Below, piece by piece: positions 1-14,097 of a DNA stretch of 64,000 nt (the first letter of the stretch is position 1; every line of letters begins with the position of its first letter). Origin of the DNA: Paraspadella gotoi (Eukaryota > Animalia > Chaetognatha); assembly GCA_051294375.1 (NCBI GenBank), contig CM119263.1:4515860-4579859 (forward strand), read 5' to 3'. The notes under the pieces are model-generated. The model was not told the DNA's origin. It ran no database searches and saw only the letters and a program-made list of their open reading frames with translations. Position numbers and translations under genes: made by a program.

Positions 1-9
1 TCTCCTCAC

Positions 10-53
10 CTCGTTGGCCACGCCCACTCGGGGGTCGTTCTCTCGGCGGCCGA
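10..53 (-). CDS. Possible short exon of a gene extending left out of the window
   Basis: Acceptor ggtcAG after a C-rich tract and donor gag|GTgagg; 44 GC-rich nt with open frames (e.g. SAAERTTPEWAWPT). No recognisable motif. Confidence 0.2.
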
Positions 54-391
54 CTGACCGGGGGCGTCGAGTAGAGTTATGGGTGTGTCGGTAAGAGGGA
101 TGGGNNNNNNNNNNNNNNNNNNNNNNNNNNNNNNNNNNNNNNNNNNNNNNNNNNNNNNNNNNNNNNNNNNNNNNNNNNNNNNNNNNNNNNNNNNNNNNNN
201 NNNNNNNNNNNNNNNNNNNNNNNNNNNNNNNNNNNNNNNNNNNNNNNNNNNNNNNNNNNNNNNNNNNNNNNNNNNNNNNNNNNNNNNNNNNNNNNNNNNN
301 NNNNNNNNNNNNNNNNNNNNNNNNNNNNNNNNNNNNNNNNNNNNNNNNNNNNNNNNNNNNNNNNNNNNNNNNNNNNNNNNNNNNNNNNNNN

Positions 392-420
392 CGGCTAAAG
401 AATCACTTTGTCGGTCACTG
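392..420. mobile_element. Short fragment resembling the end of the 37 kb HINE-like element
   Basis: cggctaaagaatcactttgtcggtc resembles the reverse complement of 37395-37420 (cgactctataattcactttgtcggtc); it lies next to an N gap. Confidence 0.3.
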
Positions 421-548
421 ATTTAATGCATCATTACAAAGTTGACAAATTTAACAAAAGATTCCTTTGTCGGTAAAAAGTTAAGTCGTTAACTGTCGGT
501 AAAAAGAACGAAACTGAAGGTGATTAGACGACGAAATTGGCAACCATT

Positions 549-601
<53 letters not shown>

Positions 602-2785
602 ATTGAGAAATTTTAACTACTTTTTTCTGAAAAGTAAATTGTGAGTTTCGTCTAATCTTGACTTGGCGGTTCATAATCCTGAGCTCAGTACTAAGCAACC
701 GTATCAGGCCTAGGCACCTTAAGAAAGCCGCTTTTGGGCACCGCACCTCAGGACTCGGCACCCGGAGCCCGGAATTAACGATCCCTCTCGACTTCCACGA
801 GATAAAAACCAATTAATCGGCGGCCGAAAAAGGAGGAGATTTCGTTATTGGCGGGAAAGGGAAGCATCGTCCCGGGTTTTACGAGGCGAAAGGAGAAATC
901 GATTTAGCGAAATCGAAGACACGGAAGGAAGTTTCTCGTTTTTACGAGAAAATTATTCGGGGGAAATTCGATGAAGCATCGACCTTCAACGCTGAAAAAT
1001 TGTGAAGAATGTGAAAGATGGGGAAAATTGTGAAGAGTGAAAAGTGAAAAAAATGGGGAATGGTAAAAAATGTGAAATAATGTAATTGTGAATGTGAGAA
1101 GAGTGGAAAATTGTAAAGAGTGAGAAATATAAAAAAGTGAAAAGTTTGAAAAATTGGTAAGAGGGAAAAATGTAAAAAAAAAATTTAAAGAATGAAAAAT
1201 ATATAAGTTGGAGGGCGGTGTAAAATTTATTAACGCTTAAACTAATTTAATTTTATGATTACTATAATATTAAAAAAATGTATATATATATAAAATTCTC
1301 TACTCCTTAAATTGGTTTTATCTCACTAAGTTAAATTTTTTTCTCTGGGTATAAAAAGGGAAATATTTATTCTTAGACTAAATATCGATTATTGTTTTAA
1401 AAAATGTCTCTGAGTATAAAAAAATAATAAAATTAAAAAAAACGAAAAGGGATTTAAAAAAAATATCGGTTTATGGGTTTCCTCCTCCTCTGCCTCTGTC
1501 TCCTCCTCCTTCTCCCCCTCCTCCTTCTCCTCCTCCTCTTCCAATTCAAANNNNNNNNNNTGTCTGTTATTTACTTTTAGTTTTTTCGTCTCTTTCAAAT
1601 CAACCAGTTTTTTTCTCTCTTTGTCTTCATTCTATCTAATGATTTGTGGAGAGAGAGAGAGAGANNNNNNNNNNNNNNNNNNNNNNNNNNNNNNNNNNNN
1701 NNNNNNNNNNNNNNNNNNNNNNNNNNNNNNNNNNNNNNNNNNNNNNNNNNNNNNNNNNNNNNNNNNNNNNNNNNNNNNNNNNNNNNNNNNNNNNNNNNNN
1801 NNNNNNNNNNNNNNNNNNNNNNNNNNNNNNNNNNNNNNNNNNNNNNNNNNNNNNNNNNNNNNNNNNNNNNNNNNNNNNNNNNNNNNNNNNNNNNNNNNNN
1901 NNNNNNNNNNNNNNNNNNNNNNNNNNCTTTAGCTTTCTAGTCCATATTTTTGTCTGAAACTCAAAACGACATGGGAATTTATGGCGAGTTCCTTTTAACC
2001 CCGGGATTCGGGAATCGGCTTTCATTTCCACGCGATTCTCTCCTACATCCGGGAGATTAAATTTGGGGAAGGAATCTAAAATTTTGTGATTTAAAAAATA
2101 TGAAAATAGTATGTAAATAATCAAATAAGGGTTTATACTTANNNNNNNNNNNNNNNNNNNNNNNNNNNNNNNNNNNNNNNNNNNNNNNNNNNNNNNNNNN
2201 NNNNNNNNNNNNNNNNNNNNNNNNNNNNNNNNNNNNNNNNNNNNNNNNNNNNNNNNNNNNNNNNNNNNNNNNNNNNNNNNNNNNNNNNNCGAAAAGTCAT
2301 CCTACTAGATACGTATATATATGAATATTGAATAAAAATATGTACTGACCAAAAAAATTAAAATTTATTTTTACTACCCATCAAAAAATTGCATTATTTT
2401 AATAAAACATATAACAATTGACTTTTCTAGAATAGTTAATAAGTAAAAAAATGATTTTAGTAAATACTAAAAACTAACGATATAAAAAAATACTACATCC
2501 AAAATTAAAAAAAAGGATAAAAAACTACAGTTATAAAAAAAACCGTCGAGTAAGTTTATGAGCTCGAGACTTCTCTCACCGACGGACGGGTGAGTTAGAA
2601 AACGAAATAGGTGGGGGTTGAAGTCAGGGTGGTATAGCCAGGGGGTCAGGGGGGGGGCGAATTTCCCCCATAAAGCAGAAAAATTCAAGGGCGATCAAAA
2701 GATGATTTACATGAGATGATGGGCGATCGTAACCATCGAGGGAAGAAGAAGAGGCGCCTGGCAATGTCCCACCCCGAAGCGAAGA

Positions 2786-2845
<60 letters not shown>

Positions 2846-3016
2846 ATATTGAAAATGATATTAAAAACTTTTAAAGAAATGAAATAGAGAGAGATGGAAC
2901 TGAATGAAGATACAAGTTATAAAGACCGAAGACCTTCATAGGAAAGAGTGGCCTGAATTACCAAATCCTGCAGATTCACAAAATGTAATTAAAACTGCCG
3001 ACTCATGGTACTCAAG

Positions 3017-3380
3017 TCTGCCGACCCAAAAAACCCAAATGTGCCGACCCAAGAAACCCAAATCTGCCGACCCAAGAAACCNNNNNNNNNNNNNNNNNNN
3101 NNNNNNNNNNNNNNNNNNNNNNNNNNNNNNNNNNNNNNNNNNNNNNNNNNNNNNNNNNNNNNNNNNNNNNNNNNNNNNNNNNNNNNNNNNNNNNNNNNNN
3201 NNNNNNNNNNNNNNNNNNNNNNNNNNNNNNNNNNNNNNNNNNNNNNNNNNNNNNNNNNNNNNNNNNNNNNNNNNNNNNNNNNNNNNNNNNNNNNNNNNNN
3301 NNNNNNNNNNNNNNNNNNNNNNNNNNNNNNNCAAGAAACCCAAATCTGCCGACCCAAGAAACCCAAATGTGCCGACCCAA
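3017..3380. repeat. 23-bp minisatellite (ctgccgacccaagaaacccaaat) spanning a gap
   Basis: About 3 copies left and 2 copies right of the N run, head to tail with no spacers. Confidence 0.9.
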
Positions 3381-3858
3381 GGGCCTCGGGTTGGCAACGA
3401 CGCGATGAGAATTCCCCGGTTCCGAAAAAGTTTCGATTCGGCTTCGTCAGCTGAAGTGATTCGACGTTAAGGAGAGTGACGGGTCATCATTTCAGACATC
3501 ATCGTCTTTTGCGGGGGTGTTGGAGGGGGGCTGGGGTGGTGGGGTGTGGTTGGAAGTGGGAGGGGTGTCTGGAAATTGGGGTGTAGTGTCGCCCTGGGGT
3601 CGAATGGCATGAGAAGGGCAAGGTCAGGGGACCTTTGCCTTGAGAGCCACTTTCGGGGAGGTCGGAGAAATTGGGCAGGGATCAGAAATATGGTGGTCAG
3701 AATAGTGGTGATATTTCGTTATGAGGTCTTTAATTTATGTGGTTCTTTTAATTCACTCGTTGCTTTTGCACAATTAAGCCTCTTTAATATTCAATTAATC
3801 TTTCCTATTTTTCAAGGTCTTTCTCAAATCTTCAATAATTTAAATTTTAATCATGAAG

Positions 3859-4003
3859 TTTACTCTTCCCAGTTCCCAACTCCTATTTCTCCTTTTCCCA
3901 TCTTTCCCTTCTTTTTTCCAAATTCCCATTTACTCTTCCCAGTTCCCACCTCCTATTTCTCCTTTTCCCATCTTTCCCATCTTTTTTCCAAATTCCCATT
4001 TAA
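3859..4003. repeat. 70-bp tandem duplication, pyrimidine rich
   Basis: tactcttcccagttccca recurs at 3861 and 3931 with near-identical units. Confidence 0.85.
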
Positions 4004-5039
4004 TCTTTCTCTTTTTCCCTTCAATTTACTTCATTTCGTTTTCGCATCAAAGCAGAAAATTTTTTTGCCAATTTCAACTCAGGTTCTCTTCCCAACAGAT
4101 GGAGGGCAGGAAAGGGGGGAGGTGAAGAAAGATAACAACAACAACAACAACGTCAACAACGACAACGACATTACATTGGCCGCAAGAAAAATAGAAGGGG
4201 AACTCTAAAGCCTTGGTTCTCTCGGTTTATTCTCGTTTTATTTTTCTTCTTTATTCTTTCCATCGAATTAACTTCGAGAAGAGGAGGAGGAGGAGAAGGA
4301 GAAGGAGGAGGAAGAAGAGGAGAATGAGGAGGAGGAACAAAGAGATTCCCACCCATCGTCGCCCACCAACCGTGACCAACCAACCGCAGCAAGGCCTTCG
4401 TTCGTTGTTCTCACTAATTTCATATTGACTCTGGCTCTCGCTCTCCACCCACANNNNNNNNNNNNNNNNNNNNNNNNNNNNNNNNNNNNNNNNNNNNNNN
4501 NNNNNNNNNNNNNNNNNNNNNNNNNNNNNNNNNNNNNNNNNNNNNNNNNNNNNNNNNNNNNNNNNNNNNNNNNNNNNNNNNNNNNNNNNNNNNNNNNNNN
4601 NNNNNNNNNNNNNNNNNNNNNNNNNNNNNNNNNNNNNNNNNNNNNNNNNTCATTCCCCAGCGCTCTCTCTCAAGCTTTCCGTTTTCTTGTGCAGCGTTTA
4701 ATTCTCGAACGACGCCCGCATTAGACAACCCTCTCCGAAATTCACTGCAAAACCCCGGACCTTCACATTCAAACTTCACATCTCGCAAATCTCATTAACT
4801 TTCACCTCCTTTTTTTCTTTACCACCATCGCACATTCGAGCCGAGGATCGGAGCAGCCTTGGCACCCAAGCCTCGTTCCTTACGCTTAACCACTTCCGCT
4901 GCTACTCCGATGAAAAACAGGGATTCAGCAATTTGGGATCTTTGCAGAGAGAGTCTACATCCTGTGCATGGAGGATCGAGGAACCAGGATGAAAATCATG
5001 CTATTGCACCCTCAACAGACTTGCACCCTTGACACATCC

Positions 5040-5456
5040 ATCTCGTCTCATCGAAAAGGCTTTTATCTGGAAAGGATTCGCACGTCGAGGATCGAGAGAC
5101 CCAGACAAAAATCTTGCACTGACGATGGCACCCTCAGCAGCCTAGCCAAAGGCTTTGGTACCCTCAACACCCCTGTGAGAGGCCTTGTCACTGGGGTGTT
5201 TCCGTCTCATCTCATCGAGAAGGCTTTTATCTGGAAAGGATTCACAGGTCGAGGATCGAGAGACTCAGACTAAAATCTTGCACTGCCGATGGCACCCTCA
5301 ACAGCCTAGCCAGAGGCTTTGGCACCCTCAACACCCCTGTTAGAGGCCTTGGCGCTGGGGCGTCTCCGTCTCGTCTCATCGAGAAGGCGTTTATCTGGAA
5401 AGAATTCGCGCGTCGAGGATCGAGGGACCCAGACGAAAATCTTGCGCCGCCGAAGG
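5040..5456. repeat. About 165-bp tandem repeat (satellite-like), at least 2.5 copies, running into a gap
   Basis: tttatctggaaag...gtcgaggatcgag recurs near 5061, 5225 and 5390; a more diverged partial unit lies upstream near 4970. Confidence 0.85.
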
Positions 5457-6991
5457 NNNNNNNNNNNNNNNNNNNNNNNNNNNNNNNNNNNNNNNNNNNN
5501 NNNNNNNNNNNNNNNNNNNNNNNNNNNNNNNNNNNNNNNNNNNNNNNNNNNNNNNNNNNNNNNNNNNNNNNNNNNNNNNNNNNNNNNNNNNNNNNNNNNN
5601 NNNNNNNNNNNNNNNNNNNNNNNNNNNNNNNNNNNNNNNNNNNNNNNNNNNNNNNNNNNNNNNNNNNNNNNNNNNNNNNNNNNNNNNNNNNNNNNNNNNN
5701 NNNNNNNNNNNNNNNNNNNNNNNNNNNNNNNNNNNNNNNNNNNNNNNNNNNNNNNNNNNNNNNNNNNNNNNNNNNNNNNNNNNNNNNNNNNNNNNNNNNN
5801 NNNNNNNNNNNNNNNNNNNNNNNNNNNNNNNNNNGAGGAAGATAAAGACAACGGTGAATGTTAAGGTGAAAAGAGATGTAAAGAGGAAGAGCTGGATAGA
5901 GAGAGAGAGAGGTTTGGGTGCGCGTGGGCGCTCCGGAGATTCTGGGCGCGCGAAAGAGGGGAGCGTTATCGGGTACGAAAGACGCGCATGCGCGGGCGAA
6001 AAGTCAAAAAGAGATGGAGAGAGAGAGAGAGAGAGAAAGATAATTATTCTCCCTCTATCAATCGTTTCTCCCCTTCTCTTTTTTTCAAAATCGGAACCAT
6101 GATGTCAGCCGCTAGCAAGAGACGAGGAGACCCCGAGAGAGAAAGAGAGAGAGAGAGAGAGACAGAGTGAGAACTTTTTTATCTAAATTCACCTTAAGTG
6201 AAATTCAAATGAGTCGAACAGAAAAATCGAGAAGATTTTTCAATTTCTTTCTTTTTTTCCCTTTTTTTATGGCTCGTCGTTCAGTAAGATGCTATTAATC
6301 TTTCTTCGGATTCTTATAATTTTTGAATTACTATTAATTCTTAATATTACCTAAATATTACATTTTATGCTGAGATAGTGAGAGACATGACTGACTCCAT
6401 TTTATGACGAATTTACGTTCGAAGTGGTAAGTTAAATGGTGATAAATGAGTTATTACTGAGAGTGAAAAGGAAGTGAGAGAAGAGGACGAGAGAAGAGAG
6501 AGAGAGAGAGAGAGACTATCCGAGTCAAGTGAATTTCTTAACGTCAACGTCACCCGTCACTTTTAACTCCAGGAAGTCGTGACTTTTTGCCACGCTCACT
6601 GAGAATGAAGTTCGACGAAGATGGAAATAGGTAAAGAAGAATTGAGTCGAATTAAATAAAGAATAAACGAATTAAATATAGAATATAGAATAAACGATGT
6701 CTTCTATATAATTGGCGTCGTTAGCGTTGTTACGTTGTTGTTATTGTTGTTGTTGTTATTGTTAAAATCGTAAATCGAATAGCGCTATTTTTTTTTATTT
6801 CAGAGCGTGCTAAATGTAAATGTGAACGTGAGGAGAGGAAGTTAAGCATTGCCTCCCTTCTTGCATTAGACCCTTGACTTTGAAATGTAAAGAAAAAGTG
6901 GATGAAAATAGAAGGGTAAGGCTGAGGGTAAGAAAAGAGAGAGAGTAATGGGAGGGAAAAGAGAATCAGTTAGAAAAGATTAGGAAAAAAG

Positions 6992-7077
6992 TAAGGAATG
7001 GGTGAGTGAAGGAAGAATAAGGAATGGGTGAGTGAAGGAAGAATAAGGAATGGGTGAGTGAAGGGGAGATTAAGGAA
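6992..7077. repeat. 26-bp minisatellite (taaggaatgggtgagtgaaggaagaa) x3
   Basis: Directly visible tandem copies. Confidence 0.85.
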
Positions 7078-7954
7078 AGTGTGGGTGATGTTGTGGAGAG
7101 GAGGAAAGAGGGGGTGATGGGGTGTAGGAAGACCGGCCTTGATTTTCGTTCCGCTTTTTTGGTTTAACGATCTTTTTCTACAAACGAATCGCGGGCAGCA
7201 ACGAGAAGAGAAGAAATGAAACTGCGGTCCGGGTGCGGCTTTCTCTCTNNNNNNNNNNNNNNNNNNNNNNNNNNNNNNNNNNNNNNNNNNNNNNNNNNNN
7301 NNNNNNNNNNNNNNNNNNNNNNNNNNNNNNNNNNNNNNNNNNNNNNNNNNNNNNNNNNNNNNNNNNNNNNNNNNNNNNNNNNNNNNNNNNNNNNNNNNNN
7401 NNNNNNNNNNNNNNNNNNNNNNNNNNNNNNNNNNNNNNNNNNNNNNNNNNNNNNNNNNNNNNNNNNNNNNNNNNNNNNNNNNNNNNNNNNNNNNNNNNNN
7501 NNNNNNNNNNNNNNNNNNNNNNNNNNNNNNNNNNNNNNNNNNNNNNNNNNNNNNNNNNNNNNNNNNNNNNNNNNNNNNNNNNNNNNNNNNNNNNNNNNGA
7601 AAAAGAGAAATAAATGAAAAAAATTATAAAAGAAAAGAAATAATTTTAAAAATATATAAAAGAATGGCTACAAATATAAAAGAAAAATGATAAAAAAATG
7701 AAATAAGGAGAAGATGAAAGTCAAGAAAAGAAAAGAAAACGTAGTGAGAAAAGAAAGAAAAAAAGAAAGAAAGAAAATGTGAGAAGAAAAAGGGAACCAA
7801 AATAGAAGAGGATCTTTTTCATTACCTCAAAACCAAAATGACGTCTTTCATCTTCAGATTTTTCTTTCTTTCTTTTTTTTTTGGTTTCGTACCCACATCA
7901 AGATTCTCGCGGTTTTTCTTCGCTTTTAACTTCCGGTTCCTTGTCGAACTCTTT

Positions 7955-8100
7955 TTCTTACTTCATACCATCTTGTTTTTCTTTCTTACTCTTCAATCTT
8001 CATACCATCTTGTTTTTCTTTCTTACTCTTCAATCTTCATACCATCTTGTTTTTCTTTCTTACTCTTCAATCTTTGTATCATCTTTTTTTTCTTTTTTAC
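7955..8100. repeat. About 37-bp minisatellite (cttcataccatcttgtttttctttcttactcttcaat) x3-4
   Basis: Directly visible tandem copies. Confidence 0.8.
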
Positions 8101-10542
8101 TATTTGATCTTAATACCAATACCAATACTTTTCCTACCAACTTTTTCTCTCTATTTCTTACTTTTACTTTCTACTCCCATGGCCTCTCTCTTTCTCCCTC
8201 CTCCCTTCCTCCCTTTCTCATTACCTCCCTCCTCCCTCGCTTCCTCCCTTCCTCCCCCTCTCCTCTCCTCCCTTCCTCCCCCTCTCCTCTCCTCCCTTCC
8301 CCATTTCCTCTTCCGCGCGAAAATTTGATGACCGAAACTTTGAAAACGAGAGAAACGAAAGGCGGAGAATTTCAATGGAGTTTTTGGGAGAAATTGGGCG
8401 CCGAATGACGGTAGGGTGGACGGCGGTGAACGACGTGGCGGCGGCGGCGATGGCGGCGGCAGAGGCAGCGGTGGCGGCGGAGGCGGCGGAGGCGGTTGAC
8501 GATAGGGTGGAGGGGGGTAAATTGCAAGGCGACAGCGGCGTCAGCGGCGCCGAATGACCGCGGAAATGTGGAGCGGCGGCGACGACGGTTTTGGCGGTCC
8601 TGGCGGTCACAGTGGCAAAGTCAGGCATCTCACGTCAGAGGTCGCTCAGCCCTTGATTCTGTCACGAAATGGCGATGGATAAAGAGCGCCGGCTTCGACG
8701 AAAGCGGCGTCAAAACGAGGCCCTTCGGTCCAACGTCGACTCTCATAAAGGTCGAGAGTCGAGACGCCGTTCGAGAGACGCCGCCATTTTTACTTCCGGT
8801 TTCGACGCCGCCTCTCCGTTGCCTAGCGACGCGACGTTGAACGGCGGACAACAAAACAGTAACGAGAGCTTAAAAGCTTTTTGGCCTTCCGAAAAAANNN
8901 NNNNNNNNNNNNNNNNNNNNNNNNNNNNNNNNNNNNNNNNNNNNNNNNNNNNNNNNNNNNNNNNNNNNNNNNNNNNNNNNNNNNNNNNNNNNNNNNNNNN
9001 NNNNNNNNNNNNNNNNNNNNNNNNNNNNNNNNNNNNNNNNNNNNNNNNNNNNNNNNNNNNNNNNNNNNNNNNNNNNNNNNNNNNNNNNNNNNNNNNNNNN
9101 NNNNNNNNNNNNNNNNNNNNNNNNNNNNNNNNNNNNNNNNNNNNNNNNNNNNNNNNNNNNNNNNNNNNNNNNNNNNNNNNNNNNNNNNNNNNNNNNNNNN
9201 NNNNNNNNNNNNNNNNNNNNNNNNNNNNNNNNNNNNNNNNNNNNNNNNNNNNNNNNNNNNNNNNNNNNNNNNNNNNNNNNNNNNNNNNNNNNNNNNNNNN
9301 NNNNNNNNNNNNNNNNNNNNNNNNNNNNNNNNNNNNNNNNNNNNNNNNNNNNNNNNNNNNNNNNNNNNNNNNNNNNNNNNNNNNNNNNNNNNNNNNNNNN
9401 NNNNNNNNNNNNNNNNNNNNNNNNNNNNNNNNNNNNNNNNTTTTTTTTTCTTTTCCTTCTTTTTAAAAAACAATATACACTTATAAAGCAGTAAATTCCA
9501 TATTGCACTCTGTTCGAACCAGTAACCACGAATCAAAAATTATGGAAGAGACGTTGCCCTTCATAATATGAATCGTCCATGAAATGGAAACAATTACGCA
9601 ACATAGCAAATTAAAATTGACTTTTTAATTCCTCCACCTTACATTAATATGATTTTTCTCAAATCCCTTTAAGCTATATTTCGGCTTATACTTCAGCAAA
9701 AATAGATACAAAAAGTTTAAACTTATAGCGGCAGATACCACTAACTTTCTACTATATTACATTNNNNNNNNNNNNNNNNNNNNNNNNNNNNNNNNNNNNN
9801 NNNNNNNNNNNNNNNNNNNNNNNNNNNNNNNNNNNNNNNNNNNNNNNNNNNNNNNNNNNNNNNNNNNNNNNNNNNNNNNNNNNNNNNNNNNNNNNNNNNN
9901 NNNNNNNNNNNNNNNNNNNNNNNNNNNNNNNNNNNNNNNNNNNNNNNNNNNNNNNNNNNNNNNNNNNNNNNNNNNNNNNNNNNNNNNNNNNNNNNNNNNN
10001 NNNNNNNNNNNNNNNNNNNNNNNNNNNNNNNNNNNNNNNNNNNNNNNNNNNNNNNNNNNNNNNNNNNNNNNNNNNNNNNNNNNNNNNNNNNNNNNNNNNN
10101 NNNNNNNNNNNNNNNNNNNNNNNNNNNNNNNNNNNNNNNNNNNNNNNNNNNNNNNNNNNNNNNNNNNNNNNNNNNNNNNNNNNNNNNNNNNNNNNNNNNN
10201 NNNNNNNNNNNNNNNNNNNNNNNNNNNNNNNNNNNNNNNNNNNNNNNNNNNNNNNNNNNNNNNNNNNNNNNNNNNNNNNNNNNNNNNNNNNNNNNNNNNN
10301 NNNNNNNNNNNNNNNNNNNNNNNNNNNNNNNNNNNNNNNNNNNNNNNNNNNNNNNNNNNNNNNNNNNNNNNNNNNNNNNNNNNNNNNNNNNNNNNNNNNN
10401 NNNNNNNNNNNNNNNNNNNNNNNNNNNNNNNNNNNNNNNNNNNNNNNNNNNNNNNNNNNNNNNNNNNNNNNNNNNNNNNNNNNNNNNNNNNNNNNNNNNN
10501 NNNNNNNNNNNNNNNNNNNNNNNNNNNNNNNNNNNNNNNNNN

Positions 10543-10578
<36 letters not shown>

Positions 10579-12589
10579 TGATGTAAACAAGTTTAGTGAA
10601 TTTCTTGTGAGACTTTCGCCCTTCGACCTTCACGTGAACGCCTCGTGAAAAGGGCAACGACATCTGTGACTCATGGGCGTTTCCATGGAGATTAGCAAGC
10701 GGCGTCGACACAACCGGTCGACTGGCAACTTTTCGCCACATTTGTAGCATATGACACTTGATTTAAAGAGGCAAAAAAGTGGTGAATTAAACGTGAGCCC
10801 AATAATTGGTTTGACAATTTTTATGCTAGACAAACGAACAAAAAATAATTTTTTTTTATAAATTTCTTGTTTAAAAAAAATTTTTAAACAATCAAATTGA
10901 ACCCTAACATAAATTCCTTTATTTTCTTGTTATCCTGTTTTCCTTTCTCATCCGTTAAGTTTCTCGTTAATCAGTTAGTCTTCGCTTAAACGCTCGTTTT
11001 TTTCGTTTTTTCGTCGTTGTAATGGTCGTCGTCGTCGTCGTCGTCGTCGGTACATGTATATCGACAAAAAGGCTTTATTCTTTAGCCAGCGATTTGTATC
11101 ACTCCTTCACCAAACCAACTTTTCTCCATTTTCTTTTTTCGTCTCTTTTCTTTCTCCCTTCCTCCTTTTATTTCTTCTTTCCTCCTTTTCTTTCTCCTTT
11201 CCTCCTTTTCATCCTCCCTTTTCTCGTCTTTTAATTCTTTTTTTATTTTTTCAATCCTCCTTTTCTTTCTCCCTTCCTCCTTTTCTTTCTCCTTTCCTCC
11301 TTTTCATTCTCCATTTTCTCGTCTTTAATTTTTTTTCTTTCTCTTTTTCTCTTTTTCTTTCTCCTTTCCTCCTTTTCCTTCTCCCTTCCTCCTTTTCTTT
11401 CTCCTTTCCTCCTTTTCCTTTTCCCTTCCTCGTTTTCATCTTCCCTTTTCTCGTCTTTTAATTCTTTTTTCTTCTTTCTTCCTTTTCTTTCTCCCTTCCT
11501 ACTTCATCCCTTTTCTCGTCTTTCAACTCTTTTTTCTTTTTCCCTTCCTCCTTTCCTAGTCTTGCCCTTTATTCAACGGGGAGATTTTCCTGTTGCTCCG
11601 CATCGATTAACCACAGCTGGAATCTCAGCCCGAGTCTGTCGCCGTCACGCTCTTACCTCCCCTTACCCAGACTGCACTTACCAACCTCGGCCACTACATA
11701 ACCTTCCCATTTCGCACTGCGGTCTCGCCTAATATAAACTTACTTTCTGACTTCTGCATAAGTTTTTTGATTATTATTTTACTACTAACTAATAGTAACT
11801 ATATAACAGTTAATTTTACTGTACGATCTTTGTCTAAGTCCTGTGGAAGTTTTTCTCGCCCTATCCCGAACTTACCCGCCTGACCATTGAACACACTTAG
11901 AGCCCTCTTCCTCACCTTCCTCACCAATTTCCAACTTAACTTACTTTTTTTCCTGACCCTCCTTGCTCGCCTCTCAATTTCGCCCCAGTTTCGTGGGAGG
12001 GAAAATTCCTTCTTTCGAAATTCCTTTGAGGAGAATCGGTTCTGCGACCGGATGAGTTGGTTGTGATCGTATCAAAGGAGCGGAACGTGGTTGCGGTTGC
12101 ATTAAATGAGCGGAACGAAGAGGTTGTGATGGCATTCAAGGCTCGGAACGAAGAAGTTGTGGTTGCATCTCTACCTGCACGTGTATAACATGACTGCATG
12201 TCACGTTAAATATTTGGGTCTCTGGGATGAAAATCGAGATAGCCACCACGAAAGGTCAGGAAAAAGAAACACGTGACTATTGGAGGTCGTGGCACGTGAT
12301 CAATGAGAGAGANNNNNNNNNNNNNNNNNNNNNNNNNNNNNNNNNNNNNNNNNNNNNNNNNNNNNNNNNNNNNNNNNNNNNNNNNNNNNNNNNNNNNNNN
12401 NNNNNNNNNNNNNNNNNNNNNNNNNNNNNNNNNNNNNNNNNNNNNNNNNNNNNNNNNNNNNNNNNNNNNNNNNNNNNNNNNNNGAGAGAGAGAGAATATT
12501 CTCAAAGCGAAAAAAAACTTATCTTCGTTAACCTGAGTTTTCATTATTGTCGTTGTCGACGTCGTCGCTTTCATTGTTGTCGTCGTCCT

Positions 12590-12590
12590 T

Positions 12591-12628
<38 letters not shown>

Positions 12629-12659
12629 CGTCGTCGTAATCATCATCATCATCATCACT

Positions 12660-12719
<60 letters not shown>

Positions 12720-12914
12720 TTTCATCTTCGTCTTCATTAACTCTTGTCTTTTCGACGTCACTTTGTTCGCTTTTGATGATAAAGAGAAAAAAGCGTCGAC
12801 TTCCAATATGAAGAAAAGAAATTAGTTGCATCAGCGAAGTCGAGTTAATAATAAAAGGAGGAAGGGAAGAAGTAATTATGCCTGGCCTCTTGATCTGAAA
12901 AGAAATGACGTGGG

Positions 12915-13011
<97 letters not shown>

Positions 13012-13015
13012 TCTC
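12590..13015. repeat. Representative compound microsatellite block (TCG)n/(TCA)n/(CT)n; similar blocks at about 18940-19180, 21635-21710, 27930-28042, 39845-40110 and 57915-58150
   Basis: Simple repeats directly visible; (GA/CT)n tracts occur dozens of times across the window. Confidence 0.95.
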
Positions 13016-14097
13016 TCTAAAAAATCCTCCACCGGCGCCTTAGTTCCCAGATCTCGCGTTATTTTGTCTTCATTATCTTCGATATCATAAAGGAAAAGAG
13101 AAAGAGATGGCGTTCGCGTTTTTTCTTTTATTTCCTGTCATTGTTATTAGCCTCTTTCCTCNNNNNNNNNNNNNNNNNNNNNNNNNNNNNNNNNNNNNNN
13201 NNNNNNNNNNNNNNNNNNNNNNNNNNNNNNNNNNNNNNNNNNNNNNNNNNNNNNNNNNNNNNNNNNNNNNNNNNNNNNNNNNNNNNNNNNNNNNNNNNNN
13301 NNNNNNNNNNNNNNNNNNNNNNNNNNNNNNNNNNNNNNNNNNNNNNNNNNNNNNNNNNNNNNNNNNNNNNNNNNNNNNNNNNNNNNNNNNNNNNNNNNNN
13401 NNNNNNNNNNNNNNNNNNNNNNNNNNNNNNNNNNNNNNNNNNNNNNNNNNNNNNNNNNNNNNNNNNNNNNNNNNNNNNNNNNNNNNNNNNNNNNNNNNNN
13501 NNNNNNNNNNNNNNNNNNNNNNNNNNNNNNNNNNNNNNNNNNNNNNNNNNNNNNNNNNNNNNNNNNNNNNNNNNNNNNNNNNNNNNNNNNNNNNNNNNNN
13601 NNNNNNNNNNNNNNNNNNNNNNNNNNNNNNNNNNNNNNNNNNNNNNNNNNNNNNNNNNNNNNNNNNNNNNNNNNNNNNNNNNNNNNNNNNNNNNNNNNNN
13701 NNNNNNNNNNNNNNNNNNNNNNNNNNNNNNNNNNNNNNNNNNNNNNNNNCTCTTCCTGCGAAGAAAATGGAAAAGATAAAAAAAATTCTACCGATTGAAT
13801 TTTAGTTTGTTTTTAATTTCGTTTTCCAAACAAAAAGTCGAATGACAAAAGGTCGAAGCGTCGAACGTAGATTAAAATAAGAAGTCATTTTTATAGAAGA
13901 TTTTTTTTTAATAGAATTTAAAAAAAGAAAATTACATTTCCCTTTTTTTTGTCTCTTTTATGATTAACTTATCTTTTGTTGCCATAACAACGATCCCACG
14001 CGCCTTACCCGACTTAAAAGACGAGCAGCTCCCAAGCAGCACAGCAGCAGCCGCTGCCGACGCTGCAGAGTCTTAAGTGGGATCAGGCACTTTGATA

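Noticed and set aside
3017-3380. 23-bp repeats as a CRISPR array (also the 34-bp array at 30879-31075)
   Set aside because: Units are head to tail with no unique spacers, there are no cas genes, and the context is eukaryotic.
8375-8880. GC-rich Ala/Arg-rich ORFs (also 14780-15115, 16814-17029, 19587-19824)
   Set aside because: Driven by GGC/GCG low complexity or lacking motifs and splice signals; could be UTR or regulatory DNA but cannot be supported as CDS.
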